This document shows positions 51,744 to 63,845 of a stretch of 64,000 nucleotides of DNA, piece by piece (position 1 is the first letter of the stretch; each line of letters starts with the position of its first letter). The stretch covers positions 1-64,000 of the forward strand of contig MCFE01000487.1 of the NCBI GenBank assembly GCA_002104905.1, written 5' to 3'. A program made the position numbers and the translations under genes. Origin of the DNA: Basidiobolus meristosporus CBS 931.73 (taxonomy: Eukaryota; Fungi; Basidiobolomycota). The notes under the pieces were generated by a model that made no database searches, was not told where the DNA came from, and saw nothing but the letters and a program-made list of their open reading frames with translations.

Positions 51744-52043
51744 ATGAGCCATGTGGACCGGGCGCACCTTCATACAGATCCGGTGTATTGCTACAACTAT
51801 GTGGCTAAGTTTGTGGATTTCTCCAACAAAGATGTCCAGGCCATCAAATCGGTGTCGGAGAGACTGGCCCCTCTTGGTGGTGTCATAGTGGACACCGTGT
51901 ATGACAAGCTCAGAGCATTCGACATCACTTGGGAATCCATGGCCAAACGCCACGGGGGGTACGCTGGCGAGGTGGTTGAGAAAGTGCAGGATCTCAAGGT
52001 CGACAGCTCCCAGATCAAGTACAGAAAAGATATGCTGACCCAA
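51744..52043 (+). pseudogene. Protoglobin-type globin, apparently 3'-truncated
   Basis: MSHVDRAHLHTD...FVDFSNKDVQAI...IVDTVYDKLRAFDIT...QIKYRKDML resembles the N-terminal two-thirds of fungal protoglobin-domain proteins; no downstream exon with the proximal-His region found. Confidence 0.6.
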
Positions 52044-52959
52044 GTGGGAAGACATCGCATATTCATTTTTGAACGTAAATTGGCGTTGGAAATTGAAAAT
52101 GGGTAGATTTTATGGTTCTCTGGTTTCCACGAATTTAGGGTAGTGTCTAGTAAGGAAGAAAAGACCAATACCCGAGGTATGGTAAGAGGTATGGCCAACA
52201 TATTGAAGAAAAAAACTAGAATGCACGCAACAAGCGAAACAATCCGAATAGGTCATGCTCTTTGGATTACATTTAAGAGGTGTCGCTGCAAAGTTGACAA
52301 TGAGGATTTATAAATACGCTAGTGAGTGTCACGCGGGCGTGGCACACTCACACAAGTGCAGGTATTCTTACAAGCGCAAATCATCTTGACCTTCTGGCAC
52401 TCACATTACTTCGGCAGTAACCACCACAACAGCAGATTTTGGCAGCTTTTGTGATTTCAAGATACCTGTCAATAATAAAGTATGCAGATAGCAAGAGCGA
52501 TTGCCCTATTTGAAACCTTGTTTCAAAGTGCCATGACGCCAAAGCCTAGTCATGTTAACTTTGAATTTTGTACTGATTATGCGAAGTTGTAAATTTGAAT
52601 ATTGTTCTCAGATCAGCAATTGACTCAATCCGGGTTGCAATCCGGATGAGCCTGGGTGGTTATAATCACGATTAAGTAATGAACCCCATTTACATCACAA
52701 AGAAAACTATATGTTATTTAAAAATAACAGGTAAAAGTTTCCTACTGAGAATTGATGTTTCCCCAGCTAGGCTGAGCCTAATTAAATCCACCGACTCTAT
52801 CGTCAGTATTGTGGGATGTTATGATGGGGTGAATTGTGAATTCTTCTACGAATCAGCTTACTGGCCATGTGAATGAGAGTTGGTCCACTCATCAGAATAT
52901 TTATGGTATGGTTGGATCATCTATTTGTTTTGGTCTGAAGTTTTTTTGTTTCGCCAGTA

Positions 52960-53270
52960 TGTTACGATTTAAATCCTACCTAGTCACTACCGATCACTTG
53001 AACACTACTGATCGAACACCTTTAATTACACACTGACGATCAATCACACTCAGTGATACACACATTATTCAATACATCTTGGACCCTTCTTTTGGAAGCT
53101 TGCTCTACGTTATCGGAAGCTCTCCTCCCGAGACTATCTCTATACAAACCCCTCTAAACACTATCAATAAAGCATCAACCTTTCACCAGCTCATCAATCA
53201 TTCAGATAACCCTCTCCGATTCTTATTGACTATCCCCCGATCCTTCTGCACTTACCCTTGATTCATAACC
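52960..53270 (+). mobile_element. 311-bp probable solo LTR immediately upstream of tRNA-Thr
   Basis: TGTTACGA...TTCATAACC, internal AATAAA, 4-bp flanks AGTA/AATA (3 of 4 match). Confidence 0.7.
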
Positions 53271-53280
53271 AATAAAATTG

Positions 53281-53352
53281 GCCTGCGTAGCGCAGTGGTT
53301 GCGCGTCAGTCTCGTAAACTGAAGGTCGCCAGTTCAATCCTGGCAGTAGGCA
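53281..53352 (+). tRNA. tRNA-Thr (anticodon CGT)
   Basis: GCCTGCG-TA-GCGC-AGTGGTT-GCGC-G-TCAGT-CTCGTAA-ACTGA-AGGTC-GCCAG-TTCAATC-CTGGC-AGTAGGC-A; one acceptor-stem mismatch (G7.A66). Confidence 0.88.
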
Positions 53353-56300
53353 TATCCTTTTATTCCACTCCATCTAGGTTGAATGATACGGCATTATTTC
53401 GCTTATAAGGGAGTAACAGTGATGGATACTGGAGTCATTTACCTGAAACAATTGGTCAGTGATGGACTTTCCAAAATAGATAATCCAAGAATGAGCACTC
53501 TGTTCTGGAATTTCACCCCTTTGATAGCTTGATCACTTGATGAGCTATCACGTATAATGGTGGATTTTGGGTGAAATACTGCTGCTGGGAAATATTTGTT
53601 TCCGCAGATCCAGTGACAGCCTTCATAATTTGACTAGCTTGATCATGTTGTTGGTCAGGTATGTACAGTAAATGCCGTTCTAATCTACTGCTGCCGCATA
53701 AAGCTTTCTGGAGTCATTGATTGGACAGCAACAAAGTCTTATTTGTATTTTTAAGGCATTGCTGTTCCACTGGTAAATGGAAGTCCCGACTAAACAACAC
53801 TCTCTTGGAGATCCGATAAGAGTTGACCCATATCATGAGGGAGAAGACACTTTATTCGTGTGCGAGTCTATCCCGCTAGTGCTAGTTCTGAAGTCATGAA
53901 TAATGTACGCTCGAGCAAGTGTTGGTGATAAATTAGCCATAGATTGGTTTCTGAGTAATGGTCAAATATCTCGACAATTGTTTATGATGTTGTTTGATTC
54001 TCTTCTCCTAAACCCTTCATCCTGTAGCCCTATTTAAATCGGAATATTTGTTAGAGATAAACACGGATCAAAGCCGAGAAGTGAAACATGCACGGATCAT
54101 ATGAAGACTGATCTGAAACAACACTACATGAGCATCTAGGTAAGGGTCCAGTACCACACAAATATAGCACTACCACAGCTCGAGGAGCATAGCAGAGTCG
54201 CAACACTTTAGGATAATATGATATGTCTATCCAACATGTCAAAAGTATACATGAATGAAGAAGTGACCTGGAAGAAACAAGCCCCTTTGGATATTTGACG
54301 GATCAGAATACGCCATATTTCGGTTATGTACTTGAAGAATCATAGAATATTTCCCAAGCTGCTAATCCGTTTGCTCCTTGATCCACTGCGCAAGCTAATT
54401 CTGTCGGCGTTCTAGTATTGGAGGGGCATGTGAGAGCTGTTTGCTACGGGAGCTGAAGTCAATTTACTATGTTAGGGGGATGTTGACACTACAAAGATCC
54501 GTATTGTTATCAGCACAGTCAATCCAACAGGTTGCCTTTTCTTGTGTACGTTTCACTGATGAATACTCCTAAAGTGATGGCTTTGGAATAGGATGTAGTG
54601 GGCCCATGATAATAGCAACAGCTAGTGGTAACCGGTCTTTAATGCCGATAAATCATGCGGGCGCTTGCTTTTTGAATCCTGGTAGATTTGTTAGACACAG
54701 GAACCCAAAGTCATAACCACCTATCCAGCCTTGCCTAGTGCAAAGGTTACACATATACCATTTGAAGTTGCTCTTCTGGTCATCAGGATACGTTGTGGGC
54801 TCCGTGGAGATATGGTCTTTATCGTCAGCTTCATATCCAACTGCTCCTTCTTTTCTCATATTGGATTTAATACCGTCAAGCAATGAAACGAATGAGTAAT
54901 GGACAAGGGTATGGCTGGCCTACTTGATCACTTTTATATGGAACTGTTTAGTGCGCACACCCACAGAAGGTAATCACTTTCAAACCGGCTCATTCCAGTC
55001 CAAAAGGTCATTCTATTGTAGGTTTCAAACGATAGAGTGTACTAGTTTCTCCACATTGCAAGTCGATCACATATAACATGAAGCCAACAAAATTCATATG
55101 CAGAATAATCATGATATTAAATACGGAGCACCACCTTGCCACAACACCTCTTCCAACAACCGCTTCTCACACACTAGTACAAATCGGGGTTAAGGCTATT
55201 CAGTAGTAGCTACAACTAAGGGTTTATGGAGTGCTTGCTGTGCTAGACATATCCAATTCATTGACATTACTAGTAATGAGTAAAGAATTGAATAAATCTT
55301 CAAACATACTCTTGTAAAGTGATCACTTTGCAACATGGTTCTGTCACCCTATATGGGTGTATACACTAGGTTGGGTCATGATTGTGCTATAAGAGTGCCC
55401 AAGTCACTAAGTCTGAATAGAGTGTTGACCTGAGTTGTATCGTAACACATGCACAAACATCATTGGAACTGACTTTGTTCTGTTGTGGCTCAGTATAGTA
55501 GCTGCCTCGGGCTGAACTGTTTACTTCATTCAAGATGCTATTGTACGGCGCATCCATAACAAAGCATTAGAAGCTACACAGGAAGATGACGAGTCTAACT
55601 TATAAGCATTTTGTACTGACGGTAAACAAGCACTTGTTAGATTTCCCATGTGTCACCACGAGTTTTCTTCCTAGTTCAATTCACTCCTACTCTTTGCCAG
55701 CTACTAATAGTGATGGGACTTTTCAGAGCATGACGTGGGATGTTGGGCGGTACAAAGTGAGAATGAAACTAGCTCAATACATAATACAGCGCCCGCCAAT
55801 GCGTAGGCGTTTGTAGGTGGATAAGGTACTCACTAAAGCAAGAGATTTCTTTCCCAGAATTTCAACTTGCAGGAGTAACGTCTGTTAATGGGTATACAAG
55901 ATGAGCTGTTGCTTGTTGTAGAGTGTGGTACGTTGATAAAAAAAGATGCTGTCATTGGAATGCCTGCTTTCCTTGAATCAAGCTTTTCTAGGTAGCAGCA
56001 ATCAATTTCATTGATTTTGCCGAAGTTGCAAATGAGCTAATGAACATAGATGTCGATGATGTTTTGCTGAGTAGCGCATTTCAAATCAGTTCATTGAGGT
56101 ATACTACAGTATATATACATACATATATATAATAGGCATAGCAGACTTATTCTACATGACACAATCGTTATTTGATTGAAGCTGGTTGAAAGTAATAACA
56201 AGTCTGTACTATGGATTCCACGTTCAGCTTCCATACTGGTATTGACATTCGGTCAAATAGAGTTATTGCATAAGATTAGCAAGGTTGGGATTTATTTCCA

Positions 56301-56353
56301 GTTGTCTATAGATATCTAAAAAACTGCTTGGATATAAGTTTTGATGGCTGAGC

Positions 56354-57748
56354 TTAATACTTGTAGAAGTCGCCACTCCCATGCCCTTCATATTCTCCAC
56401 CACCTCCACCGTTGCCGCCATATCCACCGCCGCTGCCGCCACCGTTTCCACCATATCCTCCGCTGCCACCACCGCCATTTCCACCATATCCTCCACCACT
56501 ACCGCTGCCGCCACCGTTTCCACCGTATCCTCCGCTGCCACCACCGCCATTTCCACCATGTCCTCCGCTGCCACCACCGCCATTTCCATCATATCCTCCA
56601 CCGCTGCCGCCACCGTTTCCATCGTATCCTCCGCTACCACCACCACCGTTGCCACCATATCCTCCGCTACCGCCACCGCCACTCCCACCATATCCTCCGC
56701 CGCTGCCGCCACCGTTTCCACCGTTTCCTCCGCTGCTACCACCGCCATTTCCACCATGTCCTCCGCTACCACCACCACCGTTGCCACCATATCCTCCACC
56801 GCCGCCGCCACCGTTTCCACCATATCCTCCACTACCGCCACCGCCGCTCCCACCATATCCTCCGCTGCTGCCGCCACCGTTTCCACCGTATCCTCCGCTG
56901 CTACCACCGCCATTTCCACCGTGTCCTCCGCTACCGCTACCGCCACCGCTACCGCCACCGCTACCGCCACCGCCGCTCCCACCATATCCTCCGCCGCTGC
57001 CGCCACCGCTTCCACCGTATCCTCCGCTGCTACCACCGCCATTTCCACCATGTCCTCCGCTACCACCACCACCGTTGCCACCATATCCTCCACTGCCGCC
57101 GCCACCGTTTCCACCATATTCTCCGCCGCTGCCGCCACCGTTTCCACCATATCCTCCGCTATCACCACCACCGTTTCCACCATATCCTCCGCTGCCACCA
57201 CCGCCATTTCCACCATATCCTCCACCGCTGCCGCCACCGTTTCCACCGTATCCTCCGCTACCGCCACCACCGTTGCCACCATATCCTCCGCCGCTGCCGC
57301 CACCGTTTCCACCGTATCCTCCGCTGCCACCACCGCCATTTCCACCATATCCTGCACCGCTGCCGCCACCGTTTCCACCGTATTCTCCGCTACCACCACC
57401 ACCGTTTCCACCATAACCTCCGCTACTGCCACCGCCGTTTCCACCATGTCCTCCGCCGCTGCCGCCACCGTTTCCACCGTATTCTCCGCTACCACCACCA
57501 CCGTTTCCACCATAACCTCCGCTACTGCCACCGCCGTTTCCACCATGTCCTCCGCCGCTGCCGCCACCGTTTCCACCATATCCTCCACCGCTACCGCCAC
57601 CACCGTTTCCTTCATAGCTATCACCGTGAGCTACACCACCACCTTCACCAGCGTAATCTTTGGTGTTGTATCCGCGCTCGAGAACAGCAGCACTCGCCAT
57701 GGACAAGACTGAAGCTGCAAGAAGGAGTTTGATCGAAGAGATTTTCAT
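56354..57748 (-). CDS. Secreted glycine-rich repeat protein (464 aa; GGYGGNGGG(G)S repeats)
   Basis: Signal MKISSIKLLLAASVLSMASA, pro-segment AVLERGY, dozens of 9-10 aa repeats; CTATAAAT about 40 nt upstream on the minus strand. Confidence 0.88.
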   Translation of the reverse strand: MKISSIKLLLAASVLSMASAAVLERGYNTKDYAGEGGGVAHGDSYEGNGGGGSGGGYGGNGGGSGGGHGGNGGGSSGGYGGNGGGGSGEYGGNGGGSGGGHGGNGGGSSGGYGGNGGGGSGEYGGNGGGSGAGYGGNGGGGSGGYGGNGGGSGGGYGGNGGGGSGGYGGNGGGSGGGYGGNGGGGSGGYGGNGGGDSGGYGGNGGGSGGEYGGNGGGGSGGYGGNGGGGSGGHGGNGGGSSGGYGGSGGGSGGGYGGSGGGGSGGGSGGGSGSGGHGGNGGGSSGGYGGNGGGSSGGYGGSGGGGSGGYGGNGGGGGGGYGGNGGGGSGGHGGNGGGSSGGNGGNGGGSGGGYGGSGGGGSGGYGGNGGGGSGGYDGNGGGSGGGYDGNGGGGSGGHGGNGGGGSGGYGGNGGGSGSGGGYGGNGGGGSGGYGGNGGGSGGGYGGNGGGGGEYEGHGSGDFYKY

Positions 57749-58807
57749 ATTGAGTGATTGATTTGTTGGATGGAATTAAGCTCCCCATTTATAGCCGTCC
57801 AATGTCTTACATGAGTATGGTGTCTGTTGATCTCAGCAGCAGTATCAGGGATTGTGGCACTACATTGATTGTTTCATTTGCATCTGGTGGATAAGCTGCT
57901 CCTGAAAATGCATCATGAATTGCTGAACACGCAAATGTTCCACGTCCGACAAAGTTGATTGGCTTACAAATGCATTTGGAGTTTGCGATGGTAGATCATG
58001 AATGTGATAAACAAATGAAGGCTTCCAGTATGCTGTCCTGTTAGCATCCATTTATAATAGATAGTGAGCAATTGCTCCAAGTCTTTTTTTGATCTCGCTA
58101 ATCATCTGAATAAAGGGGATTATGACTTGCAAAAAACCCTCAATTAACGTGCTTGTGTGAATCCATTTTGGACTAGCGCGTGTTTCATATGCTCTCCTGT
58201 TTGTTTTACCATTTTGGTATAAAGTTGTATTTTGAAGTGCTGTTTATTAACAAGTCGAGAGTTGGCCGGACCATTTGGTCCAATTGAATACTATTGTTAT
58301 TTCTGGTTTATGTCATATCATATTCCAGTAAACAAGAATCTGAATATTTTTTTTGGAGTTGTTTTGATAGTTCATCAAATTTGTTGTATCTTTTCTTAAG
58401 ACTTAAACCATGCCTCCTGCCAGTCAACATCTTGATGTTAATGTGTATGTATCAATATCCAAGCAATTTTCACTTGTTTAACTGGGGAAGTTTATATTGA
58501 TTCCTGCACAAGTGGGTCAGCTGATGGTTTTACCTCCTTGAAAGCTTGGTCAAATTTGAAAAATGCCAAAAATACCTTACCACTGATTTACTTCTTGTTC
58601 TTCCTTCCTTTAGATCACTTTTGCAATATCATTCAGAGGACAAATGCTTATGCAACTAGCTTTGGCCCCTGGACTGAAATTACATTTGCAAAGTACATGA
58701 TGTGGATTGTATTAATCAATCATTCCAACAAGAAAGCTCACTGGAAGCAAGGCTATTCTCACTTAATGAACATTGACTTTATGGAATGTATATTGTAAAG
58801 AAGATTT

Positions 58808-61787
58808 TGTTGTAACAATTTGTAACTCCACCTGAATATTCACCTCACTTAGTCACTTAGATTATTACCTTCAAATCTCAGAGAATACTGACCAAAATTC
58901 TTGTTGGGATTTACTTAGAATGTTTTCACCAAAATACTGTTGTAAGAGTCTTGGAGATATTGGAAGTGATTGGGAGAACAAGTAGATTATGTGGTTTTCA
59001 CTTAATGATTTAATGAATGTAAAAGTAGTATTTATACTTTTACCTGGTCTTGGCATTACAAACACGTAGAATAGGTTAAGGAAGGTCCCAAGAACATGTG
59101 TGCAAAGTTTGGGGCTGTTTGGACAACTTTGAGAATTTTCATGTTCTGGGTACCAGGCATTTTGGTGAAAATATTCTAAGTAAATCCCGACAAGGAATTT
59201 GGTCAGTATTCTCTAGGATTTAAGGGTAATGATCTAAGTGACTAAGTTAGGTGAATATTTAGGTGGAATTACAAATTTTTACAACAAATACCAGGTACCC
59301 AGAACATGGGAATTCTCAAAGTTGTCCAAACAGCTGTCATTCTCTGCAATGTCTACTATTGCTATTACTGAAATTTATCTCTCTGCTGAAAAGTTGGATG
59401 GATCTAACTACCAAGTGTGTAAGGTGAAGATGAAGATGCTACTACAAGAAAGAGGCCTTTGAGATATTGTCATGGGAGAATAATTCCCTCCTATAAATGT
59501 GGGAGAGGAGCCCTTTATGTACCAGAAGAAAGAACAAAGTGCCTTTAACTGCATTTGCCTTAATGTAAAAGACAAATTGCTAATTCAATGCTCAAGTGCA
59601 AAAATGGCAAAGAATGCCTGGAAGGCATTAGAAGATACCTACCAGTCATGTTCAAAATTCTTTATCACAAAGATGCTGCCAGGAGAAGAAATAAAAAATA
59701 TAATCAACAGAATTACCCTGCTGGTGGATAAGATGAAATCTGTGGGCATACCAACTACTGATGAAAATGTGATAGTAGCTATCCTGAATAGCCTGACAGA
59801 CAGGTTTCAGGGCTTTGTATCAGCCCTAGAGTCCAGAGCTAATGATTTAAAATTAAATCATATATATGAAAGGCTCCTGGATGAAGAATTAATAAATCAA
59901 GCTCCAGTCAGAAGGAAGAAGAAAGTGCCTCAATAAGCATTAATAACCAGCAAAGGAGATACCAAAGACCTTTCAAAGGTAATAGCAACCTGCTTAGTGA
60001 CTACTGCAAAACAAAAGGACACACACCAGTCAGGTGCTTCAAAAAGAGAGACAGTTAGCAGAAACAGCCTGAATATGGAAATGCTGCAACAACTGAAGAA
60101 AGACTATTCATATCTGCACCAAATATGACCACAAACAAGAGCTTTGAGACGTGGTATATTGACTCTGGAGCATCTCAACCCTTTACACGCTAAAAAGAGC
60201 TTTTCCTAATATCAAGAAATTCTAGTTAACAAGGTCTTTGTGGGTGACAATAGAACACTTGATGTAGTGTGGAAAGGAAATACCTAAGTAGGCCCTAAAG
60301 GTAATGAAGAAAGCCATATACTGACCTTTAAAGAAGTACTCTATGCATTATAAATGGCCAAGAGCCTACTATCTGTAAGCAAGGCCTCAGCAGGAGGACT
60401 CAGTTCCAGCTTTGACAATTGCAGATGCAGGATCACTGATCAAAACAGTGCTCATACTGCTATAGGTATCAGAGATCAGAATCTGTATAAGTTTACTTAT
60501 ATTCCATCATATCTGGAATCCAATATAAGCAACTTGAACAGCAAGGCACCAATACTTTGGGACAGAAGATTTGGACACATCAATTTTGATTATTTGTACA
60601 AAGTGATTAAAGATCAGCTATTTTCTAGAGTAAGGATTGATCCTCAGCTAATTTAGAGCACTGTGAAGCCTGCATATATGGGAAACAAGCCAGACAGCCA
60701 TTCAAGAGCTCAAGGCTAATCAAAACTAAGAAAAATTTAGATCCAATTCACTCAGATCTGTGTGGACCTATTCAAATTTATCCTTAGGTGTCATAATGTA
60801 ATTAATCACTTTCATTGATGATCATACAAGATATATGTTGGTCTACACTATGGAGAGAAAGGAAGATGCTCTGTCTAAGCTTAGGGAGTTTAAAGCCATG
60901 GTGGGGAGAGAAACTGGTGAAAAAATCAAGAAAGTATGCTCAGACAATGGTGGAGAATATACCTCAAAACTCCTCATACACTTCTGCAAAACTCACAGAA
61001 TAAAGCAAGAGACTACTTTACCATACTCCCCACAGCATGATCAAGTAGCAGATTGTGCAAACAAGTTACTATTTGATATGGCAAGATCTACAATCCATTA
61101 TCAAAAATTATCCTATGATTTTTTGGCAAAATCAGTTGCCACTGCTGTATACCTTAAAAGCAGGAGTTACAACAGAATTTGTTGTGATTCAACTCCATTT
61201 GAAGCATGGCATGGATACAGCCCAAGTGCAGAACATCTAAGAGTATTTGGGTGAATAGCATATGCCAAGAATCACACTGGAAATCAGTCAAAATTTGAGC
61301 CAAAAAAGTGCAAAATGTATACTTGTGGGCTACTGCAATAAGAGTAAAGCATACAGACTCTACAATACCAAAGCAAAGAAGCCAATCAAGTTCATGGATG
61401 TGCTGTTTGATGAAAATTCAAAAATTTCACAATAAATTGTTGTAAAAACTTGAAATTTCCACCTAAATATTCACCTTACTTAGTCACTTTGATCATTACC
61501 TTCAAATCCTAAAGAATACTGACCAAATTCCTTGTTGGGATTTACTTGGAATGTTTTCACCAAAATATCAGGTACCCAGAATAGGAAGATTCTTAAAGTT
61601 ACCCAAACAGCCCCAAATTCTGCACACATGTTCTTGAGACCCTCCTTAATCCATTCTACATGTTTGTAATGCCAAGACCATATAAAAGTATAAATACTAC
61701 TTTTACATTTAATAAATCATTAAGTGAAAACCACAAAATCTACTTGTTCTCCCAATCACTTCCAATATCTCCAAGACTCTTACAAAA
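58808..61787 (+). mobile_element. Degenerate copia: deleted 5' LTR/PBS, gag-protease-integrase, ending in LTR 61438-61787
   Basis: ORFs 59499-59936, 60354-60656, 60835-61254 match the family gag/pol; the 5' LTR is fused to the gag leader at ~59332 through AGC microhomology. Confidence 0.9.
58938..59286 (-). mobile_element. Copia solo LTR inserted in reverse into a same-family LTR, TSD AATAC
   Basis: AATAC|TGTTGTAAGAG...TTTTACAACA|AATAC. Confidence 0.95.
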
Positions 61788-62490
61788 TGGTCAAAGCTGT
61801 ACTACTTAGTAGACTGGATTGGTTATGGTCCAAGTGACCAAACATGGGAACCAGCTACCCATCTCACTAATTGTGAAGAACTAGTTGCCCAGTTCCACCA
61901 GCAATATCCTGCAAAACCTGCCCCAAAGGGAAACAGAGCTTTGCCTGGAAGCAGAGAATAGTGTCATGATCACATGACAACCATGAGCACCCATGTCAAG
62001 TTTCAGCTTCCTAGCTCAATTTCTAAGAGATTCCTTCTGGAACCTTCTACCACCTTCCAGAAAGTTCCTGTCCATTCCAAACCATTGTTACACAATGGAA
62101 CATTCCATGGAAGCTTCCCATTGTATTTTTCATAGTTCAATACCATATATGGAGATACCAGGTCACATGACTTAGTCATATGATCAGGTGACCCAACCCA
62201 TTTCCCCATCTGGTTTCAGTGCTGTGTCATCTATGTCATTATTCCCAGCACCATTACTGTGCCTCACCCCACAATCCCATTTGTATTAGCTAATATCTCT
62301 TGGCATCAGTATAGCCAAAAAGTATATAAAGTCCTATCCCCCCTTAAGTATTCCTCAGTCTGATCAACACAGGTCTTGAATAAACAGCCTTGCCTTGGAA
62401 ATCCACCTTGCCTTGTTGATCCACACCTAAGTCCTTTCCTGGTCCTGCATTACCTAGCCCTACTCTCCTGCCTTGTGTCTATTCATAACA
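61788..62490 (+). mobile_element. 3' end of a chromovirus (Ty3/gypsy): chromodomain, PPT and LTR 61962-62490
   Basis: Manual translation SKLYYLVDWIGYGPSDQTWEPATHLTNCEELVAQFHQQYPAKP (integrase chromodomain), purine tract, TGTCATGA...TTCATAACA. Confidence 0.9.
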
Positions 62491-62955
62491 GTGCAACTTT
62501 AAGGAATCAGAGTACAACACCTGAGAAATCAGAAGCTCAAGTACCTTTCTGCAGGTGGGCAGCAGAGATATTGACCTGTAGGAGCTAGGATCCAGGTGCT
62601 CTCCTTTACCCTTGCACAGTGGCAGAACATTGGTAAAGGACCATTCTTCAGGAGTTAAAAGCTGGGCTGAGCATCACTGAAACAGTGGAAGAATAAGAGT
62701 GGACATGGCCTTGGTACTAGTCTTCTGAAGCTCATAGGAGGTAGTGTCCACACCTGGGGCAGAAGAGGTAGGAAGCCTCTTGAGCTCATTATAGATTCTC
62801 TCTTGATCAAGTACAAGTGGGATTGGCAGAGTCCTGAAGTCAGGATGAATGCCAGGAGTTGAGTACTGCTTTGCAGAGAAGAAGATGTTAGCCAGCTGTT
62901 CTGTTGAAGGTAACTTCCTGAAAGAGGGCCTCATTGCCCTGTAGAGTCCTGACAC
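62491..62955 (-). mobile_element. LINE RT N-terminal fragment
   Basis: SAPGVDTTSYEL...PEEWSFTNVLPLCKGKG...PSSYRSISLLPTCRKVLE...DSLKLH (non-LTR RT domains 0-2). Confidence 0.85.
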
Positions 62956-63580
62956 TGTTCATGTTATATAGTTGGATGATTACCAAGGCAAAGTGCTCAT
63001 AATATGGTTAGGGTGTGTAGGTCCTATAGTAAGGGCTAGGAAAAGGCTAGAAGAGCAGGGGGTTTGGGGGATGCAATACCCCATACTGCTCCCTTACTCT
63101 TTGAATTCCCTATGGATCACTTTTCTCTCATTCTTGGTTTTGGTTCCTTGGGTTACAATTCCTCCACCTAACTCTTATCACCCTAACCATAAATATTTTT
63201 ACCCTACAATTGGCACATTGTCTGGTCATATAGTGGGCATGTCTGGGCCAATATTGGTCTTGCTACACTTTCTGTAAGCTCTGTATAAGTCTTGGTGTAT
63301 ATATGATTAATAAACTCTTTCTTTTAATGCTATATCTAATAATTAATAGGAGTCATCCCAATCTGGTCACAATCCCATATTTCAATAAGCTTCTGGCACC
63401 ATAAATTGCACAGCCCTAATATAATAAGAAAACTCATGATTGATGCAAATTTTCTGTAACCCAATTGCTTTAACCACATATAAAGTGCATCCCAAAGTTC
63501 AAAATATATTATAGCTATAATAGGAACTTGATTTGACACCATTGAAACAACAACTTGGGTTCCATGTGCACATGTATCCT

Positions 63581-63845
63581 GCAGGAGTCATCAATCATTA
63601 ACCGTGTGGTAATAAAGTGCTTTTATTTTTCATCATGCTAATTTTACATGAGCCCTGACGCACTTTTATAGTGCATGGTGACCATACCCTAACAGGTTTT
63701 AAGGATACCTACTTGCTACATTTGCTTGGGTCTAGCAGGAGTCATCAATCTTCAGCCACATGGTAATAGAGTGCTTTTATTTATCATCATGCTAGTTTTG
63801 CATGAATCCCTAATGCACTTTTATAGTGCACAGTAGCCATAACCT
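63581..63845. repeat. Diverged direct repeat, ~154-bp period
   Basis: GCAGGAGTCATCAATC...TGGTAATA(A/G)AGTGCTTTTATT...CATCATGCTA...GCACTTTTATAGTGCA at 63581 and 63735. Confidence 0.8.

Noticed and set aside
54653-54883. 76-aa ORF with WYMCNLC
   Set aside because: No complete zinc-finger pattern and no real ATG context.
56263-57732. Long overlapping ORFs (extensin-like PPYPPP, Ala/Thr-rich, His/Arg-rich, Val/Ala-rich)
   Set aside because: Shadow frames of the Gly-rich repeat gene; only the 56354-57748 frame has a signal peptide and a TATA box.
63180-63290. Possible gypsy integrase zinc-binding relic (QYWPR...CANC) on the minus strand
   Set aside because: Spacing is off and the frame is broken; too short to call.
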